From an uncultured Lentisphaeria bacterium (GTDB lineage Bacteria; Verrucomicrobiota; Lentisphaeria; Victivallales; UBA1829): a stretch of DNA of 64,000 nt. Location: assembly GCA_905197955.1 (NCBI GenBank), contig CAJKAR010000021.1, positions 7,763 through 71,762 of the forward strand. Reading direction: 5' to 3'. The position numbers were made by a program, and so were the translations under genes. Shown here in pieces: positions 56,617-64,000 of the stretch (its first letter is position 1; the number at the start of each line of letters is the position of its first letter). A model generated the notes under the pieces. That model saw only the letters and a program-made list of their open reading frames with translations, did no database searches and was not told the origin of the DNA.

Positions 56617-58125
56617 TTATTCTTCGGAAGGCACGCCCAGCACTTTTCCTGTCTTGGCGAGGACATCCGGCGAGCCGAGAATCATCAAAGCATCATTCAC
56701 CATGATCTCCGTATTCCCATGGGGCACGACAAATCCACCACCCCTGCGGATCAGCAGCACCAAAGCTCCCGCGGGAAGTCCAAGTGTGGCCAGAGTCCTG
56801 CCAATGAACGGAGCTCCGGGCAGCACCTCGAATTCTCTTGTATCCCCATCCAGATTTCCAGTGTTTTCAAACTCCAGCGGCACCCGCGGATGAATCCGCA
56901 GCGGCAGATCCAGATGCAGCGCCTTCGCCACCGGCATAATCGTCATTCCCTGCAGGACAACCGAGGTCAGAACAATAAAGAAAACAATGTGGAACATCAG
57001 CGTATGCTGTTCCACGCCCGCCACCCAGGGAAAAGTGGCCAGCATGACAGGCGCTCCACCCCGGAGCCCCACCCACGAAACAAGCAGACGCTCATTATAA
57101 GAAAACCGGCTGCCCATCATGCAGAGGAATACCGCAAGCGGACGTGCAGCAAGCATCAGGAATGCTGCTACAACAAGTCCGATGTAACGGGCATCCCAGA
57201 CCAGACTGGGGGTCGCCAGCAATCCGAGCATGGTAAACAGAACCACCTGCATCAGCCATGCCATGCCATCGTGGAAACGACCCAGTCCGTTGTGATAGAT
57301 GAACTTGCTGTTTCCCATCACCAGCCCGGTCACATAGATTGCCATAAAACCGTTGCCCTGGAACAGTTCGGTACAGCCAAAGGAGAGAAAGACCGTCGCC
57401 ACACCGAGAACATAGTAGAGACCGTCATATTCGAAATTGATTTTATTGAACAGCCAGACAGCAAGTTTTCCCCACGCAATACCGAGAATAAGTCCGAGAG
57501 TCATACGCATCAGAAAACTCGGCAGGATCTGCCAGTAAACCGAAAAGCCGACCGAAACTCCGCTCTTGGCTTCCGCAATGGCCACCGGAATCAGGAAAAC
57601 CGTCAAAAACGCCGCCATCGGATCGTTGCTCCCGGATTCAAACTCCAGCAGCGGCTGCAGCTTTCCACGAAGACTCACACTCTTGGAACGCAGAATCGAA
57701 AACACCGCGGCAGCATCCGTTGAAGAGACAATGGAACCAAGCAGCAGACACCACGAAAGCGGAATCATTCTCCCCGGCAGCTGCCAGCGCAGGAAAAACC
57801 AGGTGAACAACCCGACAAACAAAGCCGTCAGAAGCACCCCGATACTGGAAAGAATCCCTCCGTACCCGACCACGCTTTTCACCGAGGACCATTTCGTGTC
57901 AAACCCTCCGGAAAACAGAATGAACGCCATCGCTATACTGCCGATGATATTGGCGATATGCGGATCTTCAAAAGGAATCTTGCCGATTCCCTCCGATCCG
58001 GCAAGCATCCCCACAGCAAGAAACACCACAAGCACCGGCATGTTGATCCAGGAAGACAATTTGCTTGCACACGCACAGGCAAGAATCAGAATTGCAAGAA
58101 CAGTAAGAGCCTGATAAAGTTCCAT
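56617..58125 (-). CDS. K+/H+ antiporter, CPA1 family (NhaP2-like) with C-terminal TrkA_C domain
   Basis: N-terminus LACACASKLSSWINMPVLVVFLAVGMLAGSEGIG. About 12 TM segments. C-terminal RCK_C block (GRTLATLGLPAGALVLLIRRGG...VNDALMILG). I prefer the ATG at 58125. Confidence 0.8.
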   Translation of the reverse strand: MELYQALTVLAILILACACASKLSSWINMPVLVVFLAVGMLAGSEGIGKIPFEDPHIANIIGSIAMAFILFSGGFDTKWSSVKSVVGYGGILSSIGVLLTALFVGLFTWFFLRWQLPGRMIPLSWCLLLGSIVSSTDAAAVFSILRSKSVSLRGKLQPLLEFESGSNDPMAAFLTVFLIPVAIAEAKSGVSVGFSVYWQILPSFLMRMTLGLILGIAWGKLAVWLFNKINFEYDGLYYVLGVATVFLSFGCTELFQGNGFMAIYVTGLVMGNSKFIYHNGLGRFHDGMAWLMQVVLFTMLGLLATPSLVWDARYIGLVVAAFLMLAARPLAVFLCMMGSRFSYNERLLVSWVGLRGGAPVMLATFPWVAGVEQHTLMFHIVFFIVLTSVVLQGMTIMPVAKALHLDLPLRIHPRVPLEFENTGNLDGDTREFEVLPGAPFIGRTLATLGLPAGALVLLIRRGGGFVVPHGNTEIMVNDALMILGSPDVLAKTGKVLGVPSEE

Positions 58126-58479
58126 TTGTACCTCTGAAATACCCCCATTGCCGGATTGCACCGGCTTGTAAAAATGCAATAACGGAAAGAACAGAAAGCC
58201 GAATCCATGCAGACCGGAAAACAGCTCCACGGACATCCGGACTCAATGGAAGATAGTTTATCACTTTTTTTCTGAAAATCAAGATTCCGACAGGAAAAAA
58301 CAGGAAGAAATCACGGTCGATTCCTGAAAAAATACAAAAGAAGAAAAATGTCATTTTTTCACAATAAGCGTCAATCCCGGAAAAACTCCGCTTGAAATAT
58401 TCTTTTCCCGGATTACATTAATTTAATTTAAGTTGACCCCATCGGGAGAACAGGAATCTAACGTTTCGGACAGCCGCAC

Positions 58480-60357
58480 ATGAAGAAAATCAACATCATT
58501 TTCAAAACCCATCTGGACATTGGCTTTACAGATACCGCAGCCAAGGTCAAGAAGAAATATTTCAACAAGTTCATCAAGCGGGCAATCAAGACTTCAGCGT
58601 ATTTCAGAAACACTCCCGGTGGTTTCCGCTATGTATGGACGGTCGGTTCCTGGCTGATCTACGAATATCTTGAGAGGGCCGATACGGAAAAACGCAGACT
58701 TCTGGAAGAGGCAATCGAACGCGGAGACATCGTCTGGCACGCCCTTCCGTTCACCACGCACAGCGAACTTGCCGACGACTCGCTCTTCCGCTACGGGCTC
58801 TCCCTTTCCAAAGAACTCGACAAGCGCTTCCATAAAAAGACCATCGCAGCTAAACTGACCGACGTACCGGGGCATTCCCGCGCGATCATCGCTCCTCTTG
58901 CCGACGCCGGAATCAAACTGCTGCACATCGGAATCAATCCTGCCTCCGCCATGCCCGATGTCCCTCCGATCTTCCGCTGGAGAGATTCCGCAGGGAAAGA
59001 GATCCTCGTGGTCTATCAGGCTCAGTACGGCGATGTCATCGACCTCGGCGATACGGAATATGTCATTGAAATGACCGGCGACAACATGGGGCCCCATCTT
59101 CCCGCCGCCGTCAAACGCATCCTGAAACGCTATCCGGACGCCAAGGTCCAGAGCGGAACGCTGAACGATCTCGCCAGAAAACTGCTCAAAAACATCGACC
59201 GATATCCCGTCATCACCTCCGAAATCGGCGACACATGGATCCACGGAATCGGAACAGATCCGAAAAAAGTCGCAGATTTCAAGGAACTTCTGCGACTCCG
59301 CAACTCCTGGACGGAAGATTTTCCCGGAAAAGCAGCCTTCTCCCGTCTTCTTCTGGAAGCCGCCGAACACACCTGGGGACTCGATGAAAAAACACACTTC
59401 ATCGCGCCACGGGCCTGGACACCGAAAAAGCTCAAGACTCCTGCGGCGCGGAAGTTCGCATCCTCCTGGAGAGAAAAACGGAAGCTGCTCAAAAAGGCAA
59501 TCGACGCCCTCCCCGCCGGAAAACGGGCGGAAGCCTGCCGCGCTGTCAAAAAGATTCGTCCGTTCGAATCCATCTATCTGGACCGATGCATCACGGAAAA
59601 TACGGTGTTCGAAAACAAGTTCTTCCGGATTGAAATTGATCCGGACCGCGCATGCGCCGAGTCCATCTATCTGAAAGCGAACAAGTTCGAATTCAAAAAC
59701 TCCGGACTCTTCCAGTACGAGAATTTCACGCGGGAGGATTACGATCGTTTCCGCACCCAGTATCTCCGCCTGCCGGATGTCTTATGGGCAATCCACGACT
59801 TCACAAAGCCGGATATGCCTAAAGAGATCGAAAAAATCGCCTGCAAGGGATTTGCTTCCAATGTCTATGAAACGGTCTGGGGGCATGGATCACGGGTGAC
59901 GCTGTGCACGAACAGTTTCCCCGGATTCCGCAGAGTCGAAATCGAATATGTCCTGCTGGACTACTCCAACGAACTCGAAATCCGGGTGCGCTGGTTTGCA
60001 AAACAGCCGGATCGTCTGCCTCACGCCGTGTGGTGCTCCTTTGCCTCAGCGAAGTCCAGAAGCAGATATGCCTTCCGGAAAATGAACGAGTGGATTGATC
60101 CTGCGGATATTGTCAGCCGCGGAGCCAGAACCCTTCACGCCGTGGAAGAGATTGCCATCGACGACAAGGCGCTGCTGACCAATCTGGATTCTCCGCTTGT
60201 CGCTCCGGGCAAGCCTTCCCTCCTGAACTTCCACAATAAGAAGCCGGATCTGAAAGGGGGAGTCCATTTCAATCTCTACAACAACATCTGGGGAACCAAT
60301 TTCCCGATGTGGTTCGGCGACAACATGCTCTTCCGCTACCGGATCAAGGCGCTCTGA
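58480..60357 (+). CDS. GH38-like (DUF5054-type) glycoside hydrolase, leaderless
   Basis: 625 aa. The N-terminal FKTHLDIGFTD resembles the GH38 HxD metal site, followed by WHALPFTTHSE. Confidence 0.5.
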   Translation: MKKINIIFKTHLDIGFTDTAAKVKKKYFNKFIKRAIKTSAYFRNTPGGFRYVWTVGSWLIYEYLERADTEKRRLLEEAIERGDIVWHALPFTTHSELADDSLFRYGLSLSKELDKRFHKKTIAAKLTDVPGHSRAIIAPLADAGIKLLHIGINPASAMPDVPPIFRWRDSAGKEILVVYQAQYGDVIDLGDTEYVIEMTGDNMGPHLPAAVKRILKRYPDAKVQSGTLNDLARKLLKNIDRYPVITSEIGDTWIHGIGTDPKKVADFKELLRLRNSWTEDFPGKAAFSRLLLEAAEHTWGLDEKTHFIAPRAWTPKKLKTPAARKFASSWREKRKLLKKAIDALPAGKRAEACRAVKKIRPFESIYLDRCITENTVFENKFFRIEIDPDRACAESIYLKANKFEFKNSGLFQYENFTREDYDRFRTQYLRLPDVLWAIHDFTKPDMPKEIEKIACKGFASNVYETVWGHGSRVTLCTNSFPGFRRVEIEYVLLDYSNELEIRVRWFAKQPDRLPHAVWCSFASAKSRSRYAFRKMNEWIDPADIVSRGARTLHAVEEIAIDDKALLTNLDSPLVAPGKPSLLNFHNKKPDLKGGVHFNLYNNIWGTNFPMWFGDNMLFRYRIKAL

Positions 60358-60468
60358 GAAAATACGCTCGGAAAACGATCATTTGATCCGCCATTCGAAC
60401 GGACATTCAATCCGCGTTTCCTTTCTCCGGCAGGGGAAGTGTTCTCCTGCCGATGGGAAAAGGATGAA

Positions 60469-61359
60469 TCATCTTACCTTCCGGTTTTCACCGGGATTTT
60501 CCCCTGCGGGAAGCGCAAGACGGTTTGTAATCCGGAACCGTCCGGGGGAACAGCCGGTGATCTCCCGGAACCTGCGGATGAAGTAGACCTCTCCGCTGAA
60601 ACCGCACGCCTCCGCGATCTGCTTTACGGGGGCATCCGTTCCGGCAAGCAGATCCTTCGCTCTGGCAATGCGGCAGGCGGCAACATAATCCTGAAACGAC
60701 CGGTTGGCGTACTGCCGGAACAGCTGCGATACATAGGAGGGGTGCAGATGAAAATATCCGGCGACATCCTCCCGTCCAAGCGGCTCGGCAAAATGGAACT
60801 CGACAAAGTTTCGCAGTTTTTCAAAGGTCATGGCACCTTTGGCCGAATACGGGAGATCTTTACGCACCTCCTGTTCCGCCAGACGGGCAATCATTCTGAC
60901 AAGTGGAGCGGTCAATTCCGGATCTCCGGGATTCTCCAGGGACTTCAACAGAGAAAAAGCCATCTCCACGGAATCCGGAAGGGAAGTGTGAATCCAGTCG
61001 TTTTCCGGCCACGGAGAGTGAGTCTGATTTCCCCGGATGTGGTAATGAACCAGCCTCAGATAACCGCCGCGGGGAACAATACAGAAAAATTCGTGACGGT
61101 CAAGAAAAGATGCGTGTTCCCAGAGATGTTTCCGGATCAGGTAGTAGTCGCCGGCTTCCAGACGGACTGTCCGAAGTTCGCCGTTCAGGGACATCGGCTC
61201 GTTCTTGATCCCGGAGAGAACAATCAGAAGACGATCATACGGCTGAAGATGCAGACTCTCATCAATATTCGCGGAACCATCGGGCAGGAAAAAACGTTTC
61301 AGGACCAGTTTCTTCTGAATGAATTCCAGAGATTCCAGAATTTTGTCTCTCATTTCCAT
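60469..61359 (-). CDS. AraC family transcriptional regulator
   Basis: C-terminal HTH (HPSYVSQLFRQYANRSFQDYV...IAEACGFSGEVYFIRRFREITGCSPGRFR). Divergent from the sialidase-like gene. Confidence 0.88.
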   Translation of the reverse strand: MEMRDKILESLEFIQKKLVLKRFFLPDGSANIDESLHLQPYDRLLIVLSGIKNEPMSLNGELRTVRLEAGDYYLIRKHLWEHASFLDRHEFFCIVPRGGYLRLVHYHIRGNQTHSPWPENDWIHTSLPDSVEMAFSLLKSLENPGDPELTAPLVRMIARLAEQEVRKDLPYSAKGAMTFEKLRNFVEFHFAEPLGREDVAGYFHLHPSYVSQLFRQYANRSFQDYVAACRIARAKDLLAGTDAPVKQIAEACGFSGEVYFIRRFREITGCSPGRFRITNRLALPAGENPGENRKVR

Positions 61360-61399
61360 AAAAACCGATAATCCGTATGGTAATCCTACTATTTTTCTA

Positions 61400-61428
61400 T
61401 TGCGCAGAATTCTTTTTTTTGCTATAAT
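61400..61428 (+). promoter_or_regulatory. sigma70 promoter (TTGCGC-N17-TATAAT)
   Basis: TTGCGC at 61400-61405 and TATAAT at 61423-61428. A GGAGGAG RBS precedes the ATG at 61473. Confidence 0.5.
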
Positions 61429-61472
61429 ATAAGATAAAAGTTATATTCTTCAACAGCGGAGGAGAAAGAAAA

Positions 61473-62612
61473 ATGAGTTTTACCTATCAGAGTCTTGACC
61501 CCGTCCCGGTGACGAAACCGACGGAACGCAATCTGAGAGACAGCAGAACCTTTCAGGGAATTCCCGGCATCGCAGTTCTGCCGTCCGGACGCATTTTCGC
61601 CGTGTGGTATGCCGGAGGACACACGGAGTTCACAGAAAACTTTGTGATGATGGTCATCAGCGATGACAACGGAGAGACATGGAGCGATGCGGTCGCCGTG
61701 GTGGATCCGCCGTCGCCGGATGTGCGGGCGTTCGACTCCACCTTCTGGATCGCCCCCGATGGACGATTCTTCTGGTTCTGGTCGCAATCCAGCGACTGGT
61801 TCGACGGCATCGCCGGAGTCTGGTATTCCGTTCTTGAGAATCCGGAAGCGGATCCCGCAGAGTTCCGCTTCACGGCGCCGGTCCGTATCGCCAACGGAAT
61901 TATGATGGACAAGCCGACCGTTCTTTCCGACGGCACCTGGGCTCTTCCGGTCAGTGTCTGGACCGGCGATTACAAAAAACACGATTCCCTCGGCGTGGTA
62001 CAGGGCTGTTACATGGTCGTCTCCGAAGACAACGGCAAAACGTTCCATCCCCGCGGACGCATCGACCTTGCCCGCGTGGAAGGCGGCCCCCGTTTCGATG
62101 AACACTGTTTCGTGGAGCACAACGACGGTGCCATCGAATGCTACATCCGCGTGAACAGAGGCGTTGCAACAAGCATCTCCAGAGACAAGGGCGCCACATG
62201 GACTGCACCCGATCTTTCAAAAACGATTCTCGGACCGAACTCCCGCATGTACGCTGTCCGCCTCCGTTCCGGCCGCATTCTGCTGGTCAACAACGACGCC
62301 TCCGGAATCGTCCCCGGAGAAAAGGACTGGCCCGTCCGGGAACGCATGACCGCGTACCTCTCCGATGACGACGGAAAAACCTGGCCGCACTCCCTTCTGC
62401 TCGATGAACGTACCGCGGTTTCCTATCCCGACGCACAGGAAACCGCCGACGGCTCCCTCTTTATCATCTACGACCATGAACGCACCAAAAACGGAGACAT
62501 CCTCATGGCGCGGATCACAGAAGATGATATTCTGGCAGGCAGACTTGTCTCTCCGGCCTCCCGCCTGAAAATTCTGATCGATCACACCAAAGGAGTTCCG
62601 GAAAAACAATAA
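61473..62612 (+). CDS. BNR/Asp-box repeat exo-alpha-sialidase-like glycosidase (GH33-like), leaderless
   Basis: Four Asp-boxes: SDDNGETW, SEDNGKTF, SRDKGATW and SDDDGKTW. Confidence 0.8.
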   Translation: MSFTYQSLDPVPVTKPTERNLRDSRTFQGIPGIAVLPSGRIFAVWYAGGHTEFTENFVMMVISDDNGETWSDAVAVVDPPSPDVRAFDSTFWIAPDGRFFWFWSQSSDWFDGIAGVWYSVLENPEADPAEFRFTAPVRIANGIMMDKPTVLSDGTWALPVSVWTGDYKKHDSLGVVQGCYMVVSEDNGKTFHPRGRIDLARVEGGPRFDEHCFVEHNDGAIECYIRVNRGVATSISRDKGATWTAPDLSKTILGPNSRMYAVRLRSGRILLVNNDASGIVPGEKDWPVRERMTAYLSDDDGKTWPHSLLLDERTAVSYPDAQETADGSLFIIYDHERTKNGDILMARITEDDILAGRLVSPASRLKILIDHTKGVPEKQ

Positions 62613-62642
62613 CCCGGAAAAACAATAATCCGAAAGACCTGC

Positions 62643-62677
62643 GCCCCGGAAACTCTTCTTCCGGGGCTTTTCTTTTT
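62643..62677 (+). terminator. Rho-independent terminator
   Basis: GCCCCGGAA (62643-62651) / TTCCGGGGC (62659-62667), followed by TTTTCTTTTT. Confidence 0.85.
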
Positions 62678-62824
62678 CATTCCGTTTGTTGCCTGAGAAA
62701 ACGGCACAAACACCGCTTTTTTCCTCTTCCGCCATTATTTTCACTTGATAATAACTGCTCTTCCTGTATATTAGCCGGAACGGAAAAAACCTTTTTTGCG
62801 GACGGCAAAGCAACAACAAAATAA

Positions 62825-64000
<1,176 letters not shown>

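Noticed and set aside
58126-58479. Riboswitch (for example c-di-AMP or K+-related) in the long region upstream of the K+/H+ antiporter.
   Set aside because: I could find only a plausible promoter (TTGATT-N16-TAAACT on the minus strand) and short generic hairpins. No recognisable conserved riboswitch core is present. An Rfam scan would be needed to revisit this.

Overview
This is a gene-dense 64-kb chromosomal window. I call 47 CDS (two open at the window edges) and find no rRNA, tRNA, CRISPR array, transposase, integrase or phage genes. Three features point to a PVC-superphylum bacterium, most like Lentisphaerota/Victivallales; this is an inference only. They are strong GC3 codon bias, many AraC- or GntR-controlled glycoside-hydrolase modules, and prepilin-like H-X9-DG proteins. 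Near-absence of TTA/CTA/TCA codons leaves stop-free antisense frames, which explains the very long shadow ORFs in the track, such as the 1353-aa one. Housekeeping blocks are: trxB; rarA-uvrC; a short dcw cluster (mraZ-rsmH-ftsL-ftsI); a PurS-fused purL; an RRM RNA-binding protein; phoA; metH; kdsA-kdsC-lptC-lptA-lptB; two aminotransferases; and an ion-transport pair. The accessory content is carbohydrate-active. It includes three AraC-linked modules of leaderless enzymes (GH16; GHL6-like plus PMI-like; BNR sialidase plus lacZ), a GH172, a GH38-like enzyme and an SGNH esterase. The best candidate for an undescribed system is two adjacent, identically organised three-gene operons at 19.2-25.8 kb and 29.8-33.9 kb. 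Each encodes an AraR-like regulator, a non-canonical pseudopilin-like protein and a signal-peptide-bearing giant glycanase, and each has its own near-consensus promoter and upstream terminator. Other items worth a second look: a pair of 101-bp hairpin-rich direct repeats (54.67-55.02 kb); a 518-bp low-GC gap upstream of the RRM gene; an unknown 613-aa protein coupled to an FAD oxidoreductase; and a Zn-ribbon/AsmA-like/SGNH operon. All family assignments rest on motifs read by eye; no searches were run.
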